40,557 bases of DNA from Flavobacteriales bacterium (GTDB taxonomy: Bacteria; Bacteroidota; Bacteroidia; Flavobacteriales; TMED113), in assembly GCA_002698365.1 (NCBI GenBank), contig NZWM01000050.1, forward strand, positions 1 to 40,557. The letters run 5' to 3'. Positions 8,279 to 17,536 of this stretch are shown piece by piece (the first letter of the stretch is position 1; each line of letters begins with the position of its first letter). Made by a program: the position numbers and the translations under genes. The notes beneath the pieces are model-generated. The model saw only the letters and a list, made by a program, of their open reading frames with translations. It made no database searches and was not told the origin of the DNA.

Positions 8279-10684
8279 GTGAAACTTCGATTAAAATATT
8301 ATAAAATATTAATTATTTCAACGTTGTGTTTTGTGCATATTGCACATGCACAAAATAAGACAACAAATAACTTCATATACTCTGCAAAAGACTCCATACT
8401 ATATGACTTGAACAATAATACTGTGAAATTATATAAAAATGCAGAAGTGATTTATGAAAACATTAAATTAAATGCTGGATTCATATCAATAGATTTTGAT
8501 GAAAATATTCTTTTTTCCACAGGAATTCTAGATTCAGTTGGCAATAGAATTGAACCACCTGTGTTTATGGAAAATAAAAAACAATATAATGCAGATACGA
8601 TTATATATAATTATAAATCAAAAAAAGCTAAAATCAAAAAACTATTAACAGAAGAAGAAGGTGGTTATTTACATGGAAAAGAAATTAAAAAGGAAGGAGA
8701 AAAGATATATTATTTAAAAAATGGAAGATATACTACATGCTCATTAGAACACCCACATTTCTTTATTCATGCAAAAAAAATAAAACTGATAACAGGTGAG
8801 CAAATTATTACTGGCCCAGCCAACTTAGTTTTAGGCGAAATTCCCACGCCTTTATTTATCCCTTTCGGCATATTTCCAATCCAAGCAAAAAGAGCCTCTG
8901 GAGTGATTTTACCTACATATGGTGAATCTACTACATTAGGTTATAATTTACGTGATCTAGGATATTACTTTAGCATTAATGATAACATTAGCCTATCAGT
9001 AAATGGAGACGTATACACTAGAGGTAGCTGGAGGTTAGGGCTAACATCTAAATATAAAAAAAGATATAAATTTGATGGTGATTTTAAATTACACTTTTCT
9101 AAAACAAAAATTGGAGAAATTGAAAGAAGTGATTACAGTGTGTCAAAAGATTTTAAAATTACATGGAATCACAAACAAAATCCAAAAGCACATCCAAATA
9201 ATCAATTTTCAGCTTTAATTAATTTAGCAACCAGTTCCTATCTTCGCAATAATTCATACAATGCTGATTATTTACAAAACACATTAAGTTCGAATATATC
9301 TTTTCAAAGAAGATGGGACAACAAACCTTATAATCTATCTATTAATTTGAGACACAACCAAAACACCTTAAATAAGCAAGTAGATTTAACATTACCTGAA
9401 TTAGCATTTACAGTAAATCGAATATTCCCATTTAAAAATGTAATTGGGAAAAAATATTTACAAAATTTTGGCTTTAACTATCAATTAAATGCTAAAAATA
9501 ACTTAAGTGCTCCTGACAGTTTATTATTTCAAAACATAAATCAAAATATAAGAAGTGGAATCAAACATTCTATTCCTGTTTCAACCTCTTTCAATGTATT
9601 TAAACACATCAATGTAAGCCCATCTATTCAATATAATGAACGATGGTATTTTACTAAAAAAATGAAAAACTGGAATTCAGATTTAGGAATAATGAACTCT
9701 GATACACTAACTGGATTTTGGGCAGTGAGAGATTATTCCTTTTCGACACAGTTTAGCACAAAAATATATGGTCTAATATCAACAAAAAAGAAAAAATTTA
9801 GACATGTGCTTACGCCATCTATTATATATTCATATAAACCTGATTTTTCGCAAGAAAAGTTTGGTATTTATTCAGAAGTTGACACTGACAATGGTGTCGA
9901 AAAATACTCTCACTTTGAAGGGAGTATTTATGGAATACCAGGAAGCACAAAACAAAACTTGTTAAATCTGAGTATAAATAATAATTTAGAAATGAAGGTG
10001 AATAAAAATGGGGAAGAAAAGAAAGTTAAATTAATTGAAAGCCTAAGTATTCGCGGAAGTTATAATAATGCAGCAGATTCTCTGAAAATGAGTCCAATTT
10101 CCATCAATCTTCGGACAAAATTATTTAACAAAATTGATATCAAAGCAAATAGCACCATTGATCCATACTCGATTAATCAAGAGGGAAATAGAATTGATGA
10201 ATTTTTAGTGCACTCTAGACAACTGGGAAGATTAACAAATATGAATTTTAATATCGGTGTAAATCTTACAAATCCCAAAAAACAAAAAACATCAAATTTA
10301 GCTACTGAAGAACAATTGGAATATATTAATCAAAATCTTGATTATTTTGTTGACTTTACAGTACCTTGGTCACTAAGGTTTTTTTATAATTTCACATATA
10401 ACAAACCCACTTTTGAATCAGATATTATTCAAACAATTAATTTTAATGGGGATTTAAATATTACTAGAAAATGGAAGATTGGTTTTAGATCCGGATATGA
10501 TTTAAAAAATAAAGATTTCACATATACTTCCATTGATATTTATAGGGACTTACATTGCTGGGAAATGACATTTAATTGGATTCCTCTTGGTTTTCACCAA
10601 AGTTATAATTTTGTTATACGGGTAAAATCATCTATTCTACAGGACTTAAAATTAACAAAAAAACGGGATTTTTATGATTATTAA
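8279..10684 (+). CDS. Putative LPS-assembly outer-membrane protein (Bacteroidetes LptD-like)
   Basis: An 801-aa ORF with a GTG start and a signal peptide. It has a long beta-rich sequence with frequent aromatic-x-aromatic patterns. It is divergent from the amidase gene, as in the usual Flavobacteriia arrangement (recalled, not searched). Confidence 0.65.
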   Translation: MKLRLKYYKILIISTLCFVHIAHAQNKTTNNFIYSAKDSILYDLNNNTVKLYKNAEVIYENIKLNAGFISIDFDENILFSTGILDSVGNRIEPPVFMENKKQYNADTIIYNYKSKKAKIKKLLTEEEGGYLHGKEIKKEGEKIYYLKNGRYTTCSLEHPHFFIHAKKIKLITGEQIITGPANLVLGEIPTPLFIPFGIFPIQAKRASGVILPTYGESTTLGYNLRDLGYYFSINDNISLSVNGDVYTRGSWRLGLTSKYKKRYKFDGDFKLHFSKTKIGEIERSDYSVSKDFKITWNHKQNPKAHPNNQFSALINLATSSYLRNNSYNADYLQNTLSSNISFQRRWDNKPYNLSINLRHNQNTLNKQVDLTLPELAFTVNRIFPFKNVIGKKYLQNFGFNYQLNAKNNLSAPDSLLFQNINQNIRSGIKHSIPVSTSFNVFKHINVSPSIQYNERWYFTKKMKNWNSDLGIMNSDTLTGFWAVRDYSFSTQFSTKIYGLISTKKKKFRHVLTPSIIYSYKPDFSQEKFGIYSEVDTDNGVEKYSHFEGSIYGIPGSTKQNLLNLSINNNLEMKVNKNGEEKKVKLIESLSIRGSYNNAADSLKMSPISINLRTKLFNKIDIKANSTIDPYSINQEGNRIDEFLVHSRQLGRLTNMNFNIGVNLTNPKKQKTSNLATEEQLEYINQNLDYFVDFTVPWSLRFFYNFTYNKPTFESDIIQTINFNGDLNITRKWKIGFRSGYDLKNKDFTYTSIDIYRDLHCWEMTFNWIPLGFHQSYNFVIRVKSSILQDLKLTKKRDFYDY

Positions 10685-11244
10685 TTTTGCAACCAATTTA
10701 TTAGTATTTTTTGACCAAATTTAGTTAAAATAGATTCGGGATGATATTGTATACCATGAAGAGGATACTGTAAATGTCTAAAAGACATAACTACTTCATC
10801 CTTATCTACAGCAGTTACTATAAAATCACTATTTGATGACAAATTAATTGCCCAAGAATGATATCTCCCCACAAAAATATGTTCTGGTACATTTTCATAA
10901 ACTAAATCTTGTCTATTTAAAATCTGAATTTTTGATTTTCTACCATGCATTACCTCTTTTAAATTAAACAATTTACATCCAAACGCCACAGCAATAGCTT
11001 GTGCTCCTAAACATATACCCAAAATAGGTTTTTTAGCATAATATTTCTGTACTAATTCTACTGATATTCCTGCATCTAAAGGTAAACCCGGACCAGGAGA
11101 AATAATAATTTTATCAAAATATGAAATATCACTTATGCTAATCTCATCATTTCGTACAACATTAACACTAGAAACATATGTTTCACACATGTGTTTCAAA
11201 TTAAATGTAAAAGAATCATAATTATCAATTATTAGTAATTTCAT
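10681..11244 (-). CDS. Glutamine amidotransferase component II of anthranilate / aminodeoxychorismate synthase
   Basis: MKLLIIDNYDSFTFNL..., a GICLG nucleophile elbow, and YHPES near the C-terminus. The track start at 11262 is a TTG; the ATG at 11244 matches the family N-terminus. I cannot separate PabA from TrpG by eye. Confidence 0.85.
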   Translation of the reverse strand: MKLLIIDNYDSFTFNLKHMCETYVSSVNVVRNDEISISDISYFDKIIISPGPGLPLDAGISVELVQKYYAKKPILGICLGAQAIAVAFGCKLFNLKEVMHGRKSKIQILNRQDLVYENVPEHIFVGRYHSWAINLSSNSDFIVTAVDKDEVVMSFRHLQYPLHGIQYHPESILTKFGQKILINWLQN

Positions 11245-11275
11245 ATATTTTGTAAATTTCAAAAAATATTTTTAT

Positions 11276-11656
11276 ATGAAACAAAAAATACTGTCAAATA
11301 ATGCTCCTAACCCCATTGGACCATATAGTCAAGCTATAAAAAATGGAAATATGATATTTATATCTGGACAAATTGCTATCAATCCAAAAACTAATATATT
11401 AGTCAATGAGAATATACAAAAGGAAACTGAAATGGTAATGGAGAATATCCACAATATACTCAATGAGTGCAATTGCACATTTGACAATGTAGTGAAATGT
11501 TCTATTTTTTTATCAAACATGGATTTATTTAAATCAGTTAATGAGGTTTACGGAAGCTATTTTAATGAACCATATCCAGCCAGAGAAACAGTACAGGTAA
11601 GTTGTTTGCCAAAAAATGTTAATATTGAAATATCTGCTATTGCAATAGCTAAATAA
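11276..11656 (+). CDS. ridA: RidA/YjgF-family reactive-intermediate deaminase
   Basis: APNPIGPYSQAIKNGNMIFISGQI...PARETVQV is a typical RidA signature. Length is 126 aa. Confidence 0.9.
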   Translation: MKQKILSNNAPNPIGPYSQAIKNGNMIFISGQIAINPKTNILVNENIQKETEMVMENIHNILNECNCTFDNVVKCSIFLSNMDLFKSVNEVYGSYFNEPYPARETVQVSCLPKNVNIEISAIAIAK

Positions 11657-11657
11657 T

Positions 11658-11665
11658 TATATTTG
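11658..11665 (+). promoter_or_regulatory. Bacteroidetes-type -7 box (TATATTTG) ahead of the 69-aa ORF and lpdA
   Basis: Exact TAnnTTTG match 19 nt upstream of the ATG at 11685. Confidence 0.45.
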
Positions 11666-11684
11666 AAATAAACTATTTTAAAAT

Positions 11685-11894
11685 ATGTATACAAGAGAAA
11701 ATTTTAAAACAAAAAAAGCTTTAAAAGAAGCTGTTAAAGATGGAAGAAAAATAACAGTCTACCAACCTGGACCATATGGGGGGAATGAACCGGAAAACGG
11801 AGAAGTCGTATTAGAAGGACCTCATTACCCTGAACCACATACTTGGTATGCTACTGGTACATTGAAAAATGGAATTTTAATTAAAGTAAAATAA
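11685..11894 (+). CDS. Small conserved-looking hypothetical protein (69 aa)
   Basis: The ORF has its own -7 box, lies 4 nt upstream of lpdA, and has a non-repetitive, balanced composition (…VYQPGPYGGNEPENGEVVLEGPHYPEPHTWYATG…). Confidence 0.6.
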   Translation: MYTRENFKTKKALKEAVKDGRKITVYQPGPYGGNEPENGEVVLEGPHYPEPHTWYATGTLKNGILIKVK

Positions 11895-11898
11895 AATT

Positions 11899-13287
11899 AT
11901 GGATTTTGATATTATAATAATAGGTAGCGGACCAGGTGGATATGTGGCTGCTATAAGAGCATCTCAATTAGGTTTAAAAACTGCAATTGTAGAAAAAGAA
12001 GAATTGGGAGGCATATGTTTAAATTGGGGATGCATACCTACAAAAGCTCTTTTAAAAAGTGCACAAGTATTTGAGTATATCCAACATGCACAAGAATATG
12101 GAATTACGATACATGATTATAAATTAAATTTCACAGATGTAATCAACAGAAGTAGAGATACTGCAAATAATATGAGCAAAGGCATCCAATTTCTCATGAA
12201 AAAAAATAAAATTACTGTAATTAATGGATTTGCTGAATTAACTAATAATAAAACAGTCAAAGTAATTGATAGCAATAAAAAAGAAAAAACATACTCTGCT
12301 AATCATATCATTATTTCTACTGGAGCAAGATCAAGAGAACTACCAAACTTAAAGCAAAATGGTAAAAACATAATTGGATACAGAGAAGCCCTCACTTTAA
12401 AAAGCTTACCTAAATCAATGATTATTGTGGGCTCTGGTGCAATTGGTGTAGAGTTTGCATATTTCTATAATGCGATGGGGACCAAGGTGACAATTGTTGA
12501 ATACTTACCTGAAATTGTACCTAATGAAGATCACGACGTTTCTAAGGAATTAGCCAAAAATTTAAAAAAGAAAGGAGTTACGATATTAACAGAATCAACT
12601 GTAACTAATATAGAAGGAAAAAATAGTGAATCCACAGTAACAATTAAGACACAGAAGGGAGAAGAGAAGATTCAAGCTGAAATTATTCTATCTGCTGTTG
12701 GAATTACGCCTAATATAGAAAATATTGGCCTAGAGGGCTTAAAAATAGCTAAAAACAACGGAAGAATCACGGTAAATGAATACTATCAAACTAACATTGA
12801 GGGTTATTACGCTATTGGAGATGTGATTGAAGGACCTGCTTTAGCACATGTTGCCTCAGCTGAAGGTATAATATGCGTAGAAAAAATAGCTGGGCATAAT
12901 CCTGATCCTATTGATTATAATAATATCCCTGGATGTACATATTGCTCTCCAGAAATAGCCTCTGTTGGTTTCACTGAAAAAGCTGCTCTAGAAAAAGGAT
13001 ATGAGTTAAAAATTGGTAAATTTCCTTTTTCAGCATCAGGCAAGGCAAGTGCTGCTGGTCATAAAGAAGGTTTTGTGAAAGTTATTTATGATGCAAAATA
13101 CGGCGAATTACTAGGTGCTCATATGATTGGATACAATGTAACTGAAATGATTGCAGAAATTGTAGCTGCAAGAAAACTAGAGACAACTGGACATGAAATC
13201 TTAAAAAGTGTTCATCCACATCCTACTATGAGTGAAGCTGTAATGGAAGCCACTGCTGCAGCATATGGGGAAGTCATACACTTGTGA
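11899..13287 (+). CDS. lpdA: Dihydrolipoyl dehydrogenase (E3)
   Basis: GSGPGGY FAD motif, redox-active CLNWGCIPTK disulfide, GSGAIGVEFA NAD motif, and a C-terminal HPHPTMSE interface motif. Confidence 0.95.
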   Translation: MDFDIIIIGSGPGGYVAAIRASQLGLKTAIVEKEELGGICLNWGCIPTKALLKSAQVFEYIQHAQEYGITIHDYKLNFTDVINRSRDTANNMSKGIQFLMKKNKITVINGFAELTNNKTVKVIDSNKKEKTYSANHIIISTGARSRELPNLKQNGKNIIGYREALTLKSLPKSMIIVGSGAIGVEFAYFYNAMGTKVTIVEYLPEIVPNEDHDVSKELAKNLKKKGVTILTESTVTNIEGKNSESTVTIKTQKGEEKIQAEIILSAVGITPNIENIGLEGLKIAKNNGRITVNEYYQTNIEGYYAIGDVIEGPALAHVASAEGIICVEKIAGHNPDPIDYNNIPGCTYCSPEIASVGFTEKAALEKGYELKIGKFPFSASGKASAAGHKEGFVKVIYDAKYGELLGAHMIGYNVTEMIAEIVAARKLETTGHEILKSVHPHPTMSEAVMEATAAAYGEVIHL

Positions 13288-13301
13288 GATAAAGCTATTA
13301 T

Positions 13302-13745
13302 TTAATTTATTCGACTTAAATATACAACTTGTTGATTGAAAAGATTATTAAAAATGATAGTGTCTTGAGAAACAAATGTAAATGGATTAAGTACGGGTTC
13401 TATAACCTTATCAGGTTCACCACCAAACTCAATACTCATATTATTGGTATTGTCACATTCACCAATCCAACTACCATTGTATGAGTATAGCATCCCATCT
13501 TGACCTATATACTGATAATATACATAACCATTTTCTGCAAAAAGAGACTCAGGACACCCAGGATGTATATTGTCATAAAAAGTTGCCGAATAGTTGCATA
13601 GACAAGTAACATTGCCATTTGAATATTCTATATCATTTGTTTTCCATTCTCAAACAATCGAACAGGAAGTATCTTCATTTTGCTCACATCCAAAGAAAAA
13701 AACAAACGGAATAATTAGTAATAAATATTTTTTATAATTCCACAT
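13302..13745 (-). pseudogene. Lipoprotein gene interrupted by one in-frame TGA (codon 32, nt 13650-13652)
   Basis: Minus-strand ATG at 13745 gives MWNYKKYLLLIIPFVFFFGCEQNEDTSCSIV, then TGA. The same frame continues EWKTNDIEYSNGNVTCLC...MLYSYNGSW... to the stop at 13302. The track reports only the last 63 aa. The lipobox (FFFGC) lies upstream of the stop. Confidence 0.7.
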
Positions 13746-13989
13746 ATATGGCCGATTTAGATAATCCAAATTACACATTAAAATTGGATTGTTTCAATAC
13801 TAAAAATATGATAACATATAAGTTTTATAATTTTTGAAACAAACGATATCAATAATAAATCTTAGGTTTACACTAATGCGTCTAAAACACTGAAAGAAAG
13901 TGATTTAAGAGTTGAAGCTGACAGAATGTCAATGTGTTTATTTTTACAAAAACAGTATAAATTTTTGAAAAATATTTAAAAATAATAAG

Positions 13990-13997
13990 TAGATTTG
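13990..13997 (+). promoter_or_regulatory. Possible -7 box (TAGATTTG) abutting the trmD start codon
   Basis: Exact TAnnTTTG match. Only 6 nt separate its G from the ATG at 14004. Confidence 0.35.
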
Positions 13998-14003
13998 TTT
14001 TCT

Positions 14004-14684
14004 ATGAGAATTGATATTTTATCACCACTACCCCACTTGCTAAAAGCGCCATTCACAACCTCCATTTTAGCAAAAGCCATTGAAAAAAAAATAGTCGAAA
14101 TACATATTCATGATTTACGAGATTATGCCAAAAACAACAAAAAACAAATTGATGATTATTCATATGGTGGAGGTGGCGGCATGGTTTTAATGATTGAACC
14201 AATAGCTAACTGCATTAACACACTACAGCAAGAAAGAGAATATCAATCAGTGATATTTATGACACCTGACGGAAAAAAGCTAACACAAAGAACGTGTAAC
14301 GAACTTTCACAACAAAAGAATATAATTATTCTATGCGGGCGCTATGAGGGTGTAGACCAAAGAATACGGGATATTTTTGTGAACAAAGAGATATCTATTG
14401 GTGATTATGTGCTTACAGGAGGAGAACTGCCTGCATTAGTATTATGTGACTGCATTATAAGACTGCTTCCAGGAAGCATGAGCAATTCAAGCTGCGCCCT
14501 CTCTGACTCTTTTCAAGACAACTTATTAGCTCCACCTATTTACACAAGACCATCTGATTTCAAAGGTCATAAGGTGCCAGAAATCCTACTATCTGGAGAC
14601 ACAGCAAAAATATCAGACTGGAAAGAAGAACAAGCACACAAAAAAACACAACAAAAAAGACCTGATCTACTAGACAAACAATAA
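14004..14684 (+). CDS. trmD: tRNA (guanine37-N1)-methyltransferase
   Basis: MRIDILSPLP..., DDYSYGGGGGMVL, GRYEGVDQR and GDYVLTGGELPA are TrmD signatures. The ATG at 14004 is preferred over the upstream TTG at 13995. Confidence 0.93.
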   Translation: MRIDILSPLPHLLKAPFTTSILAKAIEKKIVEIHIHDLRDYAKNNKKQIDDYSYGGGGGMVLMIEPIANCINTLQQEREYQSVIFMTPDGKKLTQRTCNELSQQKNIIILCGRYEGVDQRIRDIFVNKEISIGDYVLTGGELPALVLCDCIIRLLPGSMSNSSCALSDSFQDNLLAPPIYTRPSDFKGHKVPEILLSGDTAKISDWKEEQAHKKTQQKRPDLLDKQ

Positions 14685-14723
14685 ATTAATAAATTATTTT
14701 CTTGATAATCATAAAAAGATGGT

Positions 14724-14731
14724 TAATTTTG
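14724..14731 (+). promoter_or_regulatory. Bacteroidetes-type -7 box (TAATTTTG) ahead of rplS
   Basis: Exact TAnnTTTG match 21 nt upstream of the ATG at 14753. Confidence 0.45.
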
Positions 14732-14752
14732 CAAACTCTAAATAATTGTACT

Positions 14753-15103
14753 ATGACTTCACTAAGAAACGAGATAGAAAAAAGTTTAATCGAAAAAAAA
14801 GATCATCCTTCTTTTAAAGCTGGAGATACAATTACAGTCTATTATAAAATTAAGGAAGGTGAAAAAGAAAGAACACAATTTTTCAAAGGAGACGTTATTC
14901 AAAGAAAAGGAGGTGGACTTACTGAAACATTTACTATTCGAAAAATTTCTAATGGTGTGGGTGTAGAGAGAGTTTTTCCAATTAATTCCCCAGGTATTGA
15001 GAAAATTGAAATTAATAAATTAGGAAAAGTGCGACGAGCAAGAATATTCTATATGAGAAAAAGAACTGGAAAGAGCGCTCGAATCAAACAAAAGAGAGTT
15101 TAA
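14753..15103 (+). CDS. rplS: 50S ribosomal protein L19
   Basis: ...FKAGDTITVYYKIKEGEKERTQFFKGDVIQRKG...FTIRKISNGVGVERVFP... is typical of L19. The internal ATG at 14753 gives the normal ~116-aa length. Confidence 0.93.
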   Translation: MTSLRNEIEKSLIEKKDHPSFKAGDTITVYYKIKEGEKERTQFFKGDVIQRKGGGLTETFTIRKISNGVGVERVFPINSPGIEKIEINKLGKVRRARIFYMRKRTGKSARIKQKRV

Positions 15104-16386
15104 TTTTCACCCTCGAAATTAGCAACAATAGAAGATACAGTAGCATCACCCGTCACATTCACCACTGTTCTACACATATCTAAAACCCTATCCACAGGCA
15201 GAATAATGGCTATATACATTGGATCAATTGGAGTAACACCAAGAACAACGACCATCATAAACAACCCTGCACTCGGTATCGCTGCAGAGCCAATTGAAGC
15301 TAAAACAGCAGTAAGAGCGATTAGTAATTGGGTGGAAAAACTTAAATCGACACCAAGAATTTGAGCCAAAAACACAACTGCTACACATTGATAAAGACTA
15401 GTACCATCCATATTGATGGTGGCTCCTATTGGCAGCACAAAACTAGACACTTTATTAGGAACACCTAAATTTTTATTAACACAATCCATTGTGACAGGTA
15501 AAGTAGCTGCACTAGAAGAAGTTGAAAAAGCTAATATTTGTGCAGGAGCAATTCCATTAAAAAACTTTTGATAAGAGAATTTTTTTGTAAACAACTGCAT
15601 CAAAAGAGGATACACACACAACACCATAATAAGCAACCCCAACAAAACCACAAGAGTATATAGAGCTAGACCTGTAATAATATCTAAAACACCTCCTTGA
15701 CTTTCATTAGACAACTCAGAAAGATTACCAGCCAATAAGCAAAAAATAAAAAATGGACAGTACCTAATCACAATATCGACCATCATCAAAAATACGTCAT
15801 TCAAGGAATCAATTAAATCATCTATACGCTTCTTTTTCTTTGGATCAATCAGAATCAACATGGTTCCAAAAAATAAAGCGAAAAATATTATTTGAAGCAT
15901 TGCCTTGTTGTCACCAAGAGCAAGAAAAATATTATCAGGCACCATATCCACTAAAAATTGCAAAGGACTATCTGTAGAAGTTACATTAACTTTCTCCTCT
16001 ATAGCAATCACTTTTGAGTCCTCCTCAAAATTGGCTGTATTAAAGGAAAACCCATTGCCTGGACCAATCTGATTAACCAGCAATAAACCAATAGCCACAG
16101 AACAAAAAGTAGTAGTCAAATACAAAAAAACTGTTCTGGAACCCATTTTTCCAAGCTCAGAAAGATTAGACAATCCAGAAACACCTTTAATGATAGAAAA
16201 CAACACTAATGGTACAGCAATTAATTTTAATAATTTTAAAAAAATATCACCAAAAGGAGATAACCAAGCAATATTAAACGAAATAATATTAAAACTATCC
16301 GAATGGAAACTCTCCGAAAGTAGCGCCCATATCACACCTAGAATCATAGCAACTAATATTTTCCAATGCAAACTTAATTTCTTCAT
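15100..16386 (-). CDS. Dicarboxylate/amino acid:cation symporter (DAACS family)
   Basis: A 428-aa polytopic membrane protein with DAACS-type motifs (SSSAATLP, INMDGT, DRxLDMxRTxVNVxGD). Confidence 0.88.
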   Translation of the reverse strand: MKKLSLHWKILVAMILGVIWALLSESFHSDSFNIISFNIAWLSPFGDIFLKLLKLIAVPLVLFSIIKGVSGLSNLSELGKMGSRTVFLYLTTTFCSVAIGLLLVNQIGPGNGFSFNTANFEEDSKVIAIEEKVNVTSTDSPLQFLVDMVPDNIFLALGDNKAMLQIIFFALFFGTMLILIDPKKKKRIDDLIDSLNDVFLMMVDIVIRYCPFFIFCLLAGNLSELSNESQGGVLDIITGLALYTLVVLLGLLIMVLCVYPLLMQLFTKKFSYQKFFNGIAPAQILAFSTSSSAATLPVTMDCVNKNLGVPNKVSSFVLPIGATINMDGTSLYQCVAVVFLAQILGVDLSFSTQLLIALTAVLASIGSAAIPSAGLFMMVVVLGVTPIDPMYIAIILPVDRVLDMCRTVVNVTGDATVSSIVANFEGEN

Positions 16387-17468
16387 AACTCAGATATTTT
16401 AGTTGTTTTATTTAATAAATAATAATCTAATATAACAATTGCTGTTAAAGACTCTACAACACACACAGCTCTTGGAACAACACAAGGATCATGCCGACCT
16501 GCAGCAGTGAAAGCAATCTCTTTACAATCTGCAGTAACAGTATTTTGACTCTGCATTAGAGTAGAAACAGGTTTAAAGGCAGCATGGAAATAAACATCTT
16601 GACCATTTGTAATGCCTCCCTGCACTCCACCAGAATTATTAGTTTTTGTGCTCACAGCACCTGAGTTTAAAATAAATTCATCATTTTCCATAGACCCAGT
16701 TTTTGTAGAAGAACTAAACCCACTACCAAAAGAAATACCCTTACAAGCATTGATGCTCATAATTGCACGAGAGATTCCTGCCTGAAATTTATTAAAAACA
16801 GGCTCTCCAAGTCCAAATGGGACACCTTTTACGACAGTAGACACACAACCACCAACAGTATCACCATTATCCCTACATTTTTTGATAACAGCCTGCATTA
16901 ACTTGGCAGACTTAGCACAAGGACAACGAACTTCATTCTTATAAACAGCATCTAAATCTAAATTGACATAATCCTCAGAAATATCAACACCGCCAACAGA
17001 GGAAACAAAAGAACACACAACAATACCTTTCGTCTTCAGAATCTGAGCTGCAATCGCACCAGCAACAACCCAATTCGCAGTCTCTCTAGCAGAAGACCTA
17101 CCACCTCCCCTATAATCACGAACTCCATATTTTTTATCATATGTAAAATCCGCATGAGAAGGTCTATAGACACTTTTTAAAGCGTCATAATCTTTAGATT
17201 TTTGATCAATATTTTTTATTAAAAAACCAATGGGAGTACCAAGAGATTTTCCTTCAAAAACACCAGATAGAATTTCCACCTCATCAAATTCTTTTCGTTG
17301 ACTAACAATTGATGACGCCCCAGGCCTTCTTCTATCCAAGTACTGCTGAAGACTCTTCAAATCAATACTAAAACCAGATGGACACCCATCTATGATTCCA
17401 CCAATAGACGAACCATGAGATTCACCAAAAGTTGTCAATCTAAATAAATTACCGATGCTTGAAGACAT
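16383..17468 (-). CDS. aroC: Chorismate synthase
   Basis: FRLTTFGESHG..., RPGASS..., GGGRSSARET, GRHDPCVVPRA. The stop overlaps the downstream ATG (ATGA). Confidence 0.95.
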   Translation of the reverse strand: MSSSIGNLFRLTTFGESHGSSIGGIIDGCPSGFSIDLKSLQQYLDRRRPGASSIVSQRKEFDEVEILSGVFEGKSLGTPIGFLIKNIDQKSKDYDALKSVYRPSHADFTYDKKYGVRDYRGGGRSSARETANWVVAGAIAAQILKTKGIVVCSFVSSVGGVDISEDYVNLDLDAVYKNEVRCPCAKSAKLMQAVIKKCRDNGDTVGGCVSTVVKGVPFGLGEPVFNKFQAGISRAIMSINACKGISFGSGFSSSTKTGSMENDEFILNSGAVSTKTNNSGGVQGGITNGQDVYFHAAFKPVSTLMQSQNTVTADCKEIAFTAAGRHDPCVVPRAVCVVESLTAIVILDYYLLNKTTKISEL

Positions 17469-17475
17469 AATTACA

Positions 17476-17483
17476 CAAATATA
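17476..17483 (-). promoter_or_regulatory. Possible -7 box (TATATTTG on the minus strand) abutting the aroC start
   Basis: Exact TAnnTTTG match on the minus strand, 7 nt upstream of the ATG at 17468. Confidence 0.35.
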
Positions 17484-17536
17484 TCAATTTCATTAGGCTT
17501 ATATTTCATTTACTTTGCTTATATTTTAGCTAGAAT

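Noticed and set aside
13650-13652. Reading the in-frame TGA as selenocysteine, or as evidence for an alternative genetic code (UGA = Trp or Gly).
   Set aside because: TGA clearly acts as a stop at the expected C-termini of purA (877-879), lpdA (13285-13287), aroC and the MORN-repeat gene. I see no convincing SECIS-like hairpin within about 40 nt downstream, only a loop-less GAATATTC palindrome. A single-base nonsense change from TGG or TGY, or a sequencing error, is more parsimonious.
13746-14003. The largest protein-free spacer (258 nt) might hide a small RNA, or remnants of rpsP-rimM upstream of trmD. An imperfect inverted repeat lies at about 13762-13793 (AATCCAAATT...AAATTGGATT).
   Set aside because: I recognise no conserved RNA motif and no open frame resembling S16 or RimM. 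The inverted repeat has a mismatch and no adjacent U-run. The spacer most simply holds divergent promoter regions for the interrupted lipoprotein gene and trmD. A covariance-model scan would be needed to say more.
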